From Poseidonia sp. (GTDB taxonomy: Archaea > Thermoplasmatota > Poseidoniia > Poseidoniales > Poseidoniaceae): a DNA stretch of 64,000 bases. Location of the stretch: positions 8,558 through 72,557 of the forward strand of contig JBMZJQ010000002.1 of NCBI GenBank assembly GCA_049617635.1. The letters run 5' to 3'. Shown piece by piece: positions 48,100 to 58,494 of this stretch (within the stretch, counting starts at the first letter, position 1; every line of letters starts with the position of its first letter). A program made the translations under genes and the position numbers. The notes below the pieces were generated by a model. That model ran no database searches, was not told where the DNA came from, and saw only the letters and a program-made list of their open reading frames with translations.

Positions 48100-49128
48100 T
48101 CAATAGTCCACAGACGGAAATATCACTTTCAGAACAACGCCGTTTTCAGACTTGGAAACGGACGCATGACCTTTGGAACCGTGGGCTCGCTCCCACATGG
48201 CCGTCACCACTCCACAGGCATACGGTAACAACGGACTCTGGATGTGAAAGATGCTTTCCTGGCCTCCATCCAACACCGTTGAGTCCACGGTCACTGAACC
48301 GAGTCCATGAGAGGTGATCCTGCCGTAAAAGTGGTCTTTCCAATCGTGCGTCACCTGAACATAAACGGGAACTTCAGATTGGTTGAACGCTGCCTTTGCT
48401 GCGTTGAAGACCGCTGAAAAAACATCCGGATGGTCAACTGTTCCATCCAGCACGCATTGACGTTCCAGTTCTGAAGTGCGTTGGGGTGGTCGACCAATCA
48501 ATTCGAAAAACAAACGATGCATGGTGGTCGTGTTGAGGAGAAAACTTCGCTCTTCGTTGAGAAAAAAACCGTACGGTCGAAGTTCAAAATCGGGGTGAAA
48601 ATTCAATGATGTGGGGGGTGGAGAGCGAGGGAAACTCCATGGCTCGGCATCGACAGGACGTGGAAGCGTCATCGGCTGCGCGTGCGGTTCAAAGGTGATG
48701 TTGATGAGATCTGTGTTGACTTGCCGCCAGTCAATCTTCCATCGCTTTCCAGACATGTGCTCTTTGTGAGCCAATGCGATACCAACGCATAACCCATCAT
48801 GGCAGGGAGCAGACACCGCTCCGTCATTGAACACCCCCCATCCCATGGCGATGGCTCGTTGTTCGAAGTTGGTCTGTATGCGGCGTTTCCCAAACCATTT
48901 TCCAGCACGAAAACGCTCGTTACCTCCGAGAATGGCTTCTTCAGCATCTGCTGCAGCATAAATCACCTTCCGGCCGATGGGGGATTCAAACGCAGCGTCC
49001 AAGGTGCGCAGAAATGTACCAAATTCAACCACGCCGAACAGCGAGCAAGGTTCCCCGTTGTCATCGATGAACCATCCATCCGAGCGAAAGTTAAACCCAA
49101 GGTAGCGGTTTTGAACCGGGTCATCCAT
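48100..49128 (-). CDS. Hypothetical protein, possibly a tandem V4R-like domain protein
   Basis: Two internally similar halves (GWG/GLG followed by C..G...G). Confidence 0.55.
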   Translation of the reverse strand: MDDPVQNRYLGFNFRSDGWFIDDNGEPCSLFGVVEFGTFLRTLDAAFESPIGRKVIYAAADAEEAILGGNERFRAGKWFGKRRIQTNFEQRAIAMGWGVFNDGAVSAPCHDGLCVGIALAHKEHMSGKRWKIDWRQVNTDLINITFEPHAQPMTLPRPVDAEPWSFPRSPPPTSLNFHPDFELRPYGFFLNEERSFLLNTTTMHRLFFELIGRPPQRTSELERQCVLDGTVDHPDVFSAVFNAAKAAFNQSEVPVYVQVTHDWKDHFYGRITSHGLGSVTVDSTVLDGGQESIFHIQSPLLPYACGVVTAMWERAHGSKGHASVSKSENGVVLKVIFPSVDY

Positions 49129-49143
49129 GTGTACACGGCTCCG

Positions 49144-50457
49144 TCAACGAGGATATCCTGAACGCCCATCTTCATTGAAGCAATAGCGGATGATTTGGTG
49201 TTGTTCTTTGAGAGCATGCACGTCCATTTTAACGGTTGATGGGTCTTCTCCGTTCAGCAAAACACGGGCATAGAAACGGGCCACTTCAGCCATATCGTCT
49301 TGAGAAAATCCAACACGGGTCAGTTCCTGAACACCCAACCGTAGCCCCGATGGTGACATGGCCTTGGTGTCTCCCGGAAGCATGTTCATGTTGGTGATGA
49401 TGCCTGCTTGCTCAAGCAAGGCCGCAGCTTTTGCTCCAGCGCCGGAATCAAGAGCGCCGTGTCGGGTGAGCACTTGATGGGAGGCGGTGTAACCTCTGCT
49501 TTCAGCCAGGACATCGAAACCTTCGGCTGCCAACGCCTGAGCGAATGCCTGAGCGTTGGCCACCGTGTCCCGTGCATACGCTTCACCGTACTCTTTGAAT
49601 TCTGCAAGGGCCATCACTTTCCCTGCAACGTGATGAAGATGATAGGAGGAACACACACCTGGGAACATAGCGTTGTTGAGGCGTCGCTGAAACGTTTCAT
49701 CTTCCGAGGATGAAAGAAGGAAGCCACCTTGCGGACCAGGGAAGGTCTTGTGGCTTGAACCGGTCATAATGTCAGCGCCTTCCCGAAGTGGGTCTTGAAA
49801 TTGACCACCGGCGATCAAACCCAAGACATGCGCACCGTCGTACATCACCGAGGCACCGACTTCCTTGGCAGCGTCTGCCATTTCCCTCATCGGAGTGGGG
49901 AAAAGGAACACAGATTGACCAAACAAGGCCACGGTTGGCTCAACACTCCGAATGGTTTTGCAAGCAGCGTCAACATCTGGTTCCATTCGGTCCTCGTCCC
50001 ACGGATACGTCGTCAGGTCCAAATCGCGAAGACCGACCGCACCCATTCTGGCATGGGAGATGTGACCCCCATCGGCAGTGGATACCGCCGTGATTCGATC
50101 GCCGGGTTTCGCCAAGGCCTTCAATGCTCCAATGTTTGAAACCGTCCCTGACGTGGATTGAATATTGGCAAACGGTGCCGAAAACACATCTTGGGCCAAG
50201 GAAATTCCGAGCGCTTCAATGGTGTCAAAATCATCACACCCCTGGTAATATCGCTTTCCTGGCAAGCCTTCCGCATAACGACCGTGAAGGTCACTTGCGA
50301 CAATGTCTCGAACGAGGGGTGAAACGATGTTTTCAGAAGCGATCATGCCCAAACCGTTGCGGTACAATTCACCACTGGCTTTCACAGCGTTGAGTACCGT
50401 GGCTCCATGGTCACGGTTGGGGGCGGAAGGTTGCCATGCTCCGGGTGCGTTGGTCAC
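49144..50457 (-). CDS. glyA: Serine hydroxymethyltransferase
   Basis: IASEN, YAEG.PGKRYY.GC, GGH.SH, AHVLGLIAG, SSHKTFPGPQGG, GLRLG. Confidence 0.96.
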   Translation of the reverse strand: MTNAPGAWQPSAPNRDHGATVLNAVKASGELYRNGLGMIASENIVSPLVRDIVASDLHGRYAEGLPGKRYYQGCDDFDTIEALGISLAQDVFSAPFANIQSTSGTVSNIGALKALAKPGDRITAVSTADGGHISHARMGAVGLRDLDLTTYPWDEDRMEPDVDAACKTIRSVEPTVALFGQSVFLFPTPMREMADAAKEVGASVMYDGAHVLGLIAGGQFQDPLREGADIMTGSSHKTFPGPQGGFLLSSSEDETFQRRLNNAMFPGVCSSYHLHHVAGKVMALAEFKEYGEAYARDTVANAQAFAQALAAEGFDVLAESRGYTASHQVLTRHGALDSGAGAKAAALLEQAGIITNMNMLPGDTKAMSPSGLRLGVQELTRVGFSQDDMAEVARFYARVLLNGEDPSTVKMDVHALKEQHQIIRYCFNEDGRSGYPR

Positions 50458-50517
50458 GCCGATACATGGGTGAAATCGGTCTTTGAAGTCTCGTAAGAGG
50501 CCTGCTGGGAACCAACA

Positions 50518-53514
50518 TCACATTCGTTCACTTCGAATGGTGTTGCGCGGTATGAACCGCTCTTGGACGATGTTCTCCTCACCCTTTGCAGCCGCATTCA
50601 GCGATTGAGGCTCTTTCTTTCTGATGTAATTTGTTCGCCCACGGTACGCAACGGGTCCGATTTCACGTTCCAACATAGGGCCACCCTCCTGATGCTCTTT
50701 TGGTCGCTTCAACCACCATGCTTTGCCGAGGGGGCGAACGCGAGGTGTACGCCCCTTTTCGAGCGATGTGGCGCGTCGACGCAAGCGTCCACGCACCTTC
50801 TTGTCGGATTCCTTCGGCAGGCGCTCAAACAGCCAGGCAGGGAACCCAATGTCAAGAACAACGCCGTTGACAGAAACCAAGATGCCACCCAACAACAGGT
50901 GGTTCCCAATTGGTATGTTTTCGGCACTTGGTTGAACCTTAAATCGCCGCATTCTCCTTGCGTATTTGATGAGGCCCCGTTGGTCCCGATGTTTGATTTG
51001 ATGCTCTTGTTGGCGGGAAAAGCGAACATAAGAAAAATGCATGAAAAGAAGTCCGCCCAATACCGACAACCCTTCCGAGGTGCCGACTTCTTGGTAGGTC
51101 AAAATACCCAGAACAAACCACATTGGAACGAGGACGAAGTACTGGAAGATACTTGAGAGAACACCGGGTGAGAAACGAGGGGGCATGGATCGTCGAGTTG
51201 CCTCGTGTGCCACGATCATAACGTTGGCGTTGATGGCCTCGTCCAAACCCCCCTTTTGGAGAAGCGGAGCATAGGGATTGACCGGAGCGGCATCCATCCA
51301 CTGCTTTGTTGCCTTTGCATCATCCAGAATCAACGAAACCTCGAGATGTTCCTTGCCTTTGCTTCCATAGCCGAAAATAACGGCGAGCGCCATCACACGT
51401 GGGTCTTGGCTGTCGCTCTTGATCAACTCATCAACCACGGTTTTCGCATCGTGCCATTGACCCGTATCAAGCAGGCTCAAAGCAACAGCAATTCGTGGAC
51501 GCACCCCCGTGGGGTCCGCTCTCACCAGTGTAAGAGCCAATTCGAGAGCCTCGTCGTAGCGTCGTTGAGCACGCAACAACGCCACCATTGACAGTTGACC
51601 GACCAGTGAAATTCTGTCGTTGTGAACCATCATGTCCTTTGGTTGTGGGCTCCAATAACGCATCATGTTCTGAAGCATTTGGAGATGGTCTATCACGGAA
51701 TTGTTCTCCCAATCCCAAAGGTCGTCCTCGGTGACTGAGCCATGCCATGGGTCCAACCATTCACAGATGAAGGAGAGAATTTCTGGTTCGTCGTAACCAT
51801 CTCGTTGTTGCAAACCGTGCAACGCCTCACGAGCTGCGTCGAGTCGACGCAATGCGATGTAACCTGTAGCGATAATCATCCGTGCTTCGTCGTTTTCCCC
51901 TCCTGATTGCGCCAGTAATTTACGGCTTTCTTCAATGGCTTGGGGCCACAAACCACGGAGGGCTTTTTCCCACATCGACGCCCTTGATTGTTCTTGACGA
52001 ATCAAGGCCTGATCGCCAGGGAAATCATGGGTTTGAACTCGAATAAGGAGGTCTATGTCTTCGTTGTAGGCTGCCGTTTCAACCAAATGTTGGAGGCGGT
52101 CACCACCTGCCAATTTGACCGCACCCTCCCGGCGTTCATCGGGATTTAGGTCGAACCGCAATTTTCGAAGGTGCCCGAACCGGCTGATGGAGAGGAGCCA
52201 TGCCAAAAGGAAAACGGCCTGACCAACAGCGATAAAGAGCCAAACGGTCAAAAGTCGCATTCCCTCATCGAAGTCGCGCGCCTCCAACCACGCCGTCATT
52301 GGCATCAAATCACCAAATTCCTTGTAGCACACGAGAATGAGTAACAACACTGTATAACCTGAAAACCCTGCAAACGCAAAGGTCAATTGACGTGCTTGAG
52401 CAGCCTTTTCCGCACGAATTTCACGGGGCGTGTCTAGGGTGACGCCGAACATGCCACCGAAGGTTTGTCCACCAAGGATCAAGTTGCGGGTCAATTCAAA
52501 AATAAAGGCCAATCCAACGATGGCGATGTTCAGCGTGAGATAGAGAGAAAGAAATTCAGGAAGGGCTTTGATGAATTCGAGTTGGAACAGGATTTCAGAA
52601 ATCAAATCGATTTCCAAATAGATGGAATAGCCAATAATGCCACCGTAGTTCAAAATCTCAGTGGCGTTGGCTGGGCTATTCAACATCACGTGAAGCACGG
52701 TCAAAATACCGTTCAGTGCAGTAATAGGCATGGTGAGGAGGAAGAGGACGAGGATAAACGAAAACAAACGCCCGATGAACCCGTTCTTTTCGGGGTCAAT
52801 CGGGTTCAACCGGCCTCTCGTTGTACGCCATTTACTGATCAAGAGCATGTTCCATGAAGCCCCCATGATGCGACCGTAAGCGAAGATGGTCGGCGCCATG
52901 AAGGTCAGCATCCCAAAGGCAATCCACGTTGGTGTCAGGGAGCCCTCAACTTGGTAACCGTAGGCGAGCACCATCGCCGTAACAATCAGCAGAATGGCCA
53001 GCGTAGTAACCGTGCGAATAACTTGGGCACTCGCCGAAGCTTTGGTCTCCCTTTTCTTGTTTGAAAGTTGGCTGTTGAGCGATTGCCAAGGGGAGATGAT
53101 GACAGGAATCAAAATCAAGAACGCCATGATGTACAGATTGATCCTGGAAAACACGGCAGCATTGAACAACAATTCCGCAATCAGAATCAAAACACCGGTG
53201 AGTCCCATCATGTACAGCATCACGCCAAAACCGACGCGTCCTTGTTTGAGCAATTTACGTGAATCCCTCAGCGTTCGTGTAATGCGATGGACTTCGTACA
53301 AATCGTCTTCGATTTCGAACGCGACTTGAAGATTCTTGAGTTGTTGTGGAATAAACCACTTGCGCACGAAGAACGCAATAAGAAGAGCAAGGAGCAAAGG
53401 TCCAATCAGATCCATGTTGAGGCCCTGGCTTGAGGAGACCGTGGCGGCAGAGGTCGTCGGCAAGCATAGCAGAAGCAATCCAATCGCAACGGCGATGTGG
53501 TGCCCGCTTCGCAT
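50518..53514 (-). CDS. Large polytopic membrane protein with a TPR-like central region
   Basis: 998 aa; many N-terminal TM helices, a helical TPR-like domain, two more TMs and a basic C-terminus. Confidence 0.7.
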   Translation of the reverse strand: MRSGHHIAVAIGLLLLCLPTTSAATVSSSQGLNMDLIGPLLLALLIAFFVRKWFIPQQLKNLQVAFEIEDDLYEVHRITRTLRDSRKLLKQGRVGFGVMLYMMGLTGVLILIAELLFNAAVFSRINLYIMAFLILIPVIISPWQSLNSQLSNKKRETKASASAQVIRTVTTLAILLIVTAMVLAYGYQVEGSLTPTWIAFGMLTFMAPTIFAYGRIMGASWNMLLISKWRTTRGRLNPIDPEKNGFIGRLFSFILVLFLLTMPITALNGILTVLHVMLNSPANATEILNYGGIIGYSIYLEIDLISEILFQLEFIKALPEFLSLYLTLNIAIVGLAFIFELTRNLILGGQTFGGMFGVTLDTPREIRAEKAAQARQLTFAFAGFSGYTVLLLILVCYKEFGDLMPMTAWLEARDFDEGMRLLTVWLFIAVGQAVFLLAWLLSISRFGHLRKLRFDLNPDERREGAVKLAGGDRLQHLVETAAYNEDIDLLIRVQTHDFPGDQALIRQEQSRASMWEKALRGLWPQAIEESRKLLAQSGGENDEARMIIATGYIALRRLDAAREALHGLQQRDGYDEPEILSFICEWLDPWHGSVTEDDLWDWENNSVIDHLQMLQNMMRYWSPQPKDMMVHNDRISLVGQLSMVALLRAQRRYDEALELALTLVRADPTGVRPRIAVALSLLDTGQWHDAKTVVDELIKSDSQDPRVMALAVIFGYGSKGKEHLEVSLILDDAKATKQWMDAAPVNPYAPLLQKGGLDEAINANVMIVAHEATRRSMPPRFSPGVLSSIFQYFVLVPMWFVLGILTYQEVGTSEGLSVLGGLLFMHFSYVRFSRQQEHQIKHRDQRGLIKYARRMRRFKVQPSAENIPIGNHLLLGGILVSVNGVVLDIGFPAWLFERLPKESDKKVRGRLRRRATSLEKGRTPRVRPLGKAWWLKRPKEHQEGGPMLEREIGPVAYRGRTNYIRKKEPQSLNAAAKGEENIVQERFIPRNTIRSERM

Positions 53515-53553
53515 GGTTCCATGGCGTAGGAGAGGCTTGAAGAAATCTTTGCC

Positions 53554-54774
53554 TCAATGCCCCGAGAGCCGATGCCTTTTGAGGAAGGCTTCGATTCGGT
53601 CGAAGGCCACCTCAAGAACATCAATCGTTGGAAGATAGACCAAACGAACATGACCTTGTCCCAAGGCAGGAGAGAAACCGCTTCCATGGACGAGCAGAAC
53701 GTGTTCCTCTTCCAACAATTGAAGCACAAATTCCTTGTCGTTGTTCGACCATTGGTTGTCGGTCAGGCGCACAAACATGTAGAAGGCGCCTCCTGGCGAT
53801 TCAACTTCAAGTCCCTCAATGGCATGAATACGCTCGAGACAGTAATCACGCTGTTGCTTGACTTTCTCCATGTACGCATCCATCCATCCTCGGTCGCCCT
53901 TCAAGCCTGCGAGGTAGCCGAGTTGTGCTGGCGTCGAGGCACATAATCGCGAACGAAGGAGCCGCTCAAGGCCGTCTCGCACGAGGTTCATGCATCCGCT
54001 TGGGTCGTGAAGCGCCATGTAACCAATTCTCCAGCCGGGTGCGTAGTAGACTTTGGAAACACCGTTTAAGGCGATGACAGGTACGTCGGTGCTCCGGCTG
54101 GCAATCGAAACATGGGTTCCGGTAAAATCCAATCCATCGTAAATTTCGTCAGCAACGACGATGCAGTTCGGATAGTCGCGAGCGATGGAGAGCAAACGGT
54201 CAATTTCTTCGGGGCCGCATACCGTGCCACATGGATTGTTTGGGTTGATCAAGACAAGCAAACGAACATCATCGTCCATCTTTGATGCGATGTCCTCAAA
54301 ATCGGGTTGCCAAAGGTCATCACTGTGAAGTTTGTATTCAACGGTGGTCCCACCGTACATTTGCGGATACGCCATGTAGGGTGGGTAGTGGGGGCCCGGT
54401 GCGAGGACTTTGCTTCCTTCCTCCAGAACCGCTGCGAAGATCAGTTGCAACGCCTCAGTTACGCCATGACAAACATAGATGTCATCGGCCGATGCTTCCC
54501 AGCCTTTCCGCTGTTCATCTTCAGCAATGGCCTTGCGAAGTTCAGGTAGCCCATAGGAAGGAGAATATCCATTGCGGCCATCGTGCAGGGCTTGGGCGTA
54601 CGCATCAACCATGTGCTGTGGCGTTGGTAACCCAGGGTACGCAATAGGGTCGCCGATGTTCAGCTTGATGATTCGGTGGCCTTCAGCCTCGAGACGTGTA
54701 GCGGGAACCACCACATCTCGAATGGCATACTCGATTCGAGCCGCTCGCTGAGATACTGGAATGTCAGGCCGCAT
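53554..54774 (-). CDS. Class I/II PLP aminotransferase (alanine aminotransferase AlaA-like)
   Basis: LNIGDP, G.PELR.AI, NPNNP.G, DEIY, NGVSK...PGWRIG. Confidence 0.9.
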   Translation of the reverse strand: MRPDIPVSQRAARIEYAIRDVVVPATRLEAEGHRIIKLNIGDPIAYPGLPTPQHMVDAYAQALHDGRNGYSPSYGLPELRKAIAEDEQRKGWEASADDIYVCHGVTEALQLIFAAVLEEGSKVLAPGPHYPPYMAYPQMYGGTTVEYKLHSDDLWQPDFEDIASKMDDDVRLLVLINPNNPCGTVCGPEEIDRLLSIARDYPNCIVVADEIYDGLDFTGTHVSIASRSTDVPVIALNGVSKVYYAPGWRIGYMALHDPSGCMNLVRDGLERLLRSRLCASTPAQLGYLAGLKGDRGWMDAYMEKVKQQRDYCLERIHAIEGLEVESPGGAFYMFVRLTDNQWSNNDKEFVLQLLEEEHVLLVHGSGFSPALGQGHVRLVYLPTIDVLEVAFDRIEAFLKRHRLSGH

Positions 54775-54786
54775 GCAAACACCGTG

Positions 54787-55260
54787 TTATTGGAGATCAT
54801 CTCGAGATGTACCGGCCATGTTGAGGACTTCATCAAAATGTTCTGACGAAACCGTTTGCACCGAGAGACGTTGGCCCCGTTGAAGCAAGGGCATTCCCTC
54901 GAGGTTCGGGTTCTGCCTCATGGCATCGAGCGACACCATCGGAAGTTCACACACGGGCTCAATATCCACCATGAACCAGCGTGGGGTATCTGGTGTTGAT
55001 TTTTCATCGAAGTACTTGCTCGAAGCATCCCAGGACGTGAAATCCGGATAGCCCTCACGAACCACACGTGCGACGCCGCCGACATGAGGAGGCTTGGTGT
55101 TTGAATGGTAAAACAAGATCAAATCGCCGACTTTCATACTGTCACGCATCGTGTTTCTTGCTTGATAATTTCGAACGCCGTCCCAATGCGTTTGGCCATC
55201 TGCCACCAGTTGGCTGTAGGGATACACATCCAATTCGGACTTCATCAGCCAGAAGTTCAT
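54787..55260 (-). CDS. EVE domain (PUA-like) protein
   Basis: WLMKSE, WDGVRNYQARN, FYHSN, Y.D.KS...PRW..VD, RLSV. Confidence 0.92.
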   Translation of the reverse strand: MNFWLMKSELDVYPYSQLVADGQTHWDGVRNYQARNTMRDSMKVGDLILFYHSNTKPPHVGGVARVVREGYPDFTSWDASSKYFDEKSTPDTPRWFMVDIEPVCELPMVSLDAMRQNPNLEGMPLLQRGQRLSVQTVSSEHFDEVLNMAGTSRDDLQ

Positions 55261-55298
55261 GATGCATCCCAAGAGGAAGGGGTCTATGGATTGCACGC

Positions 55299-58200
55299 CT
55301 ACCAAGCATCAACAACATCGTCAAGGAGTGCAGCCTCCATCACGTCTTCGGTGGCTTGGTGGGTTCGCAACAAACCGAGTTTCTTCGCCATGCTGTTGGT
55401 CCCGCTGACTGCACCAATGCCCATTTTTTCGAGGGTGACGAAAATGGCCGGGAGGAGAATCAACGCACTGGCAGCAGCCACCCAAAGAAGAATGAGAATA
55501 ACTGTGATGAACGGCTGAATTTCTGGAATCGGAATGTTGTATGCGGTGAACATACCCAATGAAGTCACCACCGCTGCCTCAAACAAGGACATGCCTGTCC
55601 CTACAGCAGCACTTCGGATGGCTTGAATGCCGCCACCGAGTTCACGGATTCGGTTGGCTATGTGAATGGAAAAGTCAACACCGACCCCGACGAGAATCGA
55701 TCCGATCATCACCGTGACGAGGGACAACGGCACGTCCATTTGCCACATGACCAACCATTGCAAAGCGACAGTGGCGATCACCGGAGACGTGGTCCATATG
55801 GAATACCGGATGTCCCTGAACACGATGGCCAGCGTGATCAGCGTCAAAATGATGGCAAATCCAAGCGAGGTCCACTGTGAACCTACAATCAATTCGTTGA
55901 CTTCGATGGCCGTGGCTGCAACACCCGTCAAATCCTCTGCAGATTCTCCGTGCGGGCCTTGGAAGGTTGAAGTCCGCTCGTTCACCGCATCCACGCTCTT
56001 TGACGTGTCAGCAACGGGAATGAACGGCATATCGACATAAATCAAGGAGCGGCTGAAGTCCTCGCTGACGAAAATTTCACGGGTTTCTTTGGTCAACGAT
56101 GCGTAAAACACATCGAGGAGGAAAATTTCACTTTGCTCTGAACCCGGCAGATTAAATTCGCCGGGGTCCGTCAGCAAATCCCAGAACGACGTATCAACGT
56201 TGATGCTTTGATTGAAAAACACGTCTGCAGTTGCTTTCACATCCTCGCATGCCTCTTGCTCCAGGCAGGGCACAAGTTGGAAAAGTTCGTTGACCTGTTC
56301 ACCTGAAACGGTGACCTGTACCCCAGATGCTTTCATCAAAAAGACCACCGAAACGGCTGTTGTGTTTTGTACCGAGTTGAGCGATGCTTCCAAAGAATCA
56401 ATTTTCTTGAGCAATTCCACGGGGTCGTCGTTGGTGTTATCCTCGTCGTTGAAGTCACCGCTGACGTTTGCATTCACGAGAATCATTCCGACTTGGCCAG
56501 CCTCAAACTCGCTGCTGTATTGTTTCATCTTCACGACGGGAGACTCCCCTTCAGGCGCCATACCAAGCAAGTCAATGTTCTCCTCAACGTTGGCTTGACC
56601 AACGGTTGCTGAGAGCAAGATGAGCAACAAGAACACGCCGATGACCGGTTTGTTGTGGCGAACGGGTACGTCCACCAACACATCAAACGCCTTCAACGGA
56701 GGGTGCTTTGGTTTTCGAAGGTCGAGGATGAGCGTGAGGTTCGGCACCATGAACATGGTGAGGATATACACGATGACGATGCCGCCTGAAAGCGCAATTC
56801 CAACGGTTTGGATGGGCGCCATCGGCGTGAACACCAGCGAAATGAATCCGATGACCGTGGTAACGGCTGAGAGGAACACGGCTTTCCCAGTTGAGGAGAG
56901 AGAGGCCCGCATTTTTTCTGATTTTGAACCCGATTCTTCCGCGTACCGATTGGTGATGTGCAACCCATACGATACGCCAAGCGCCAATAAGATCGGTCCA
57001 ACGATGATGACCGTCATGGTCACCTCATAGTTGGTGGCTCCTATTAGGCCTAATGTCCAAAACACAGCACACAACGTCGGCAATCCTGCGATAACAACCA
57101 CCTTGAATCCTTGGAGTGGGCGCATGCCCGTGATACCTGCTTGTAGCAAATCCGAGTGAAAGACGAACAGACCAATGGCGACAAGAACAACGGCCATGGG
57201 GAAAATTTCCCAGAACAAGCGGAAGGAAAATTCCGTCACGGCGTTGGTGATAGGAACCGGCCCGGTAAGAATCATGCTCAGTCCGAGATCTTCCCAATCG
57301 CACATGCCTTCGGACTCAATAGGGTCGCCGTTGGCGTCAAAACGACAAGCACGCTCGAGAGACGAAATGGCGTCAAGAACTTCCTGTGTATCGGCAATGA
57401 TGTCTTTGGCAGGCCGGTTTTCTGTCACGGCAACGGCCATAATGGCCCGGTCAAGTAAACCATCTGGCTCACCGTCTTCTCCCCCTTCGATGTCTCTGGC
57501 CAGTTTGTTCAACCCAGATGTTGGTTGACCGTTTTGGTCATACATTTCACCGATGACAAGGTCGATGGTGGTTTGGCTTGGTATCTCATACGAACCACCA
57601 AAACGGTCGTCGGTTTGAGCCGCAACATCGTTGAGGTTTTCAGCCAGCTCACGTGAGGGGCAATCATCCGTGGGGTCGCTGGAACAACCGAGTTCACCCA
57701 CTTCGGTGATGATCGCTTCGCGGATGCGAGGCGCACTGGAATTCACTTCCTTCAACACCGTTGAAAGGGAGAGAATGTAGATGACGTCATCGGATTCATC
57801 GGAGAGATAGGGATTGAGTATGTTTTCCACGTAACTGATTTCTTGGAGAATGCGCTGGTCAGTGATGTTGTATTTCGATGATTCAATGTAGACCACCATC
57901 ACGTTCGTCGACCAGTCTTCCTCAACCTTTCCAATCAACTCAGCCACTTGACTGCCGTCCGGAAGGTACACTTCGAGATCCCCGTTGACGTTCAAGGCAG
58001 GATTGTCCAAGTCGTCATCAAATCGAGTATCATCGAGAAAGCCCGATTGGGTCACGAAGTACACCGTGAGCAACAAGAACACCATAATGGTCGGAATTGG
58101 AAATTTTGTGATGGCGCCGGTAGCACCTGTCTTTTCCCACTCTCGCTTGAATCGCTTTGGTGCATCAAGGACTGCATCAAGCGTCTTCTTTGAATCAATG

Positions 58201-58328
58201 GTTTTCAACTGACTGGTTAACTGGTCACGCACGACTTTGCTGGTTTGTGCAACAGCATCCAAACGACGATTTCCCTTTGAGCCCCTGTCGGCTGTTGGGG
58301 CGGAGTCGGACTCGTCTGGCGAAATCAA
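55299..58328 (-). CDS. MMPL/RND-family transporter
   Basis: Duplicated architecture with LGVSYGLH / VGVDFSIH, SA.TT..GF and large extracellular loops. Confidence 0.88.
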   Translation of the reverse strand: MISPDESDSAPTADRGSKGNRRLDAVAQTSKVVRDQLTSQLKTIDSKKTLDAVLDAPKRFKREWEKTGATGAITKFPIPTIMVFLLLTVYFVTQSGFLDDTRFDDDLDNPALNVNGDLEVYLPDGSQVAELIGKVEEDWSTNVMVVYIESSKYNITDQRILQEISYVENILNPYLSDESDDVIYILSLSTVLKEVNSSAPRIREAIITEVGELGCSSDPTDDCPSRELAENLNDVAAQTDDRFGGSYEIPSQTTIDLVIGEMYDQNGQPTSGLNKLARDIEGGEDGEPDGLLDRAIMAVAVTENRPAKDIIADTQEVLDAISSLERACRFDANGDPIESEGMCDWEDLGLSMILTGPVPITNAVTEFSFRLFWEIFPMAVVLVAIGLFVFHSDLLQAGITGMRPLQGFKVVVIAGLPTLCAVFWTLGLIGATNYEVTMTVIIVGPILLALGVSYGLHITNRYAEESGSKSEKMRASLSSTGKAVFLSAVTTVIGFISLVFTPMAPIQTVGIALSGGIVIVYILTMFMVPNLTLILDLRKPKHPPLKAFDVLVDVPVRHNKPVIGVFLLLILLSATVGQANVEENIDLLGMAPEGESPVVKMKQYSSEFEAGQVGMILVNANVSGDFNDEDNTNDDPVELLKKIDSLEASLNSVQNTTAVSVVFLMKASGVQVTVSGEQVNELFQLVPCLEQEACEDVKATADVFFNQSINVDTSFWDLLTDPGEFNLPGSEQSEIFLLDVFYASLTKETREIFVSEDFSRSLIYVDMPFIPVADTSKSVDAVNERTSTFQGPHGESAEDLTGVAATAIEVNELIVGSQWTSLGFAIILTLITLAIVFRDIRYSIWTTSPVIATVALQWLVMWQMDVPLSLVTVMIGSILVGVGVDFSIHIANRIRELGGGIQAIRSAAVGTGMSLFEAAVVTSLGMFTAYNIPIPEIQPFITVILILLWVAAASALILLPAIFVTLEKMGIGAVSGTNSMAKKLGLLRTHQATEDVMEAALLDDVVDAW

Positions 58329-58494
58329 GGGAGCACCTTGACGTAGGCGACGTGTGAGCCCTTCAAAGCCTTACCTTTCGTCGGTGTGATGTCATGCCCG
58401 ATTTGCGAGGATTTACGCCGACGGGTTGAAATGATGACCCACATCCCGCAGGTTGGACCCTCTTCATTGACCGAGGCGGGGCCAGGTGAGGCAC

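Noticed and set aside
54787..55260. EVE protein as reader in a modification-dependent restriction system linked to the que genes
   Set aside because: Stand-alone EVE with no nuclease partner, about 50 kb from the que operon.
58431..58437. Box C-like ATGATGA suggesting a C/D sRNA
   Set aside because: No correctly placed CTGA box D downstream.
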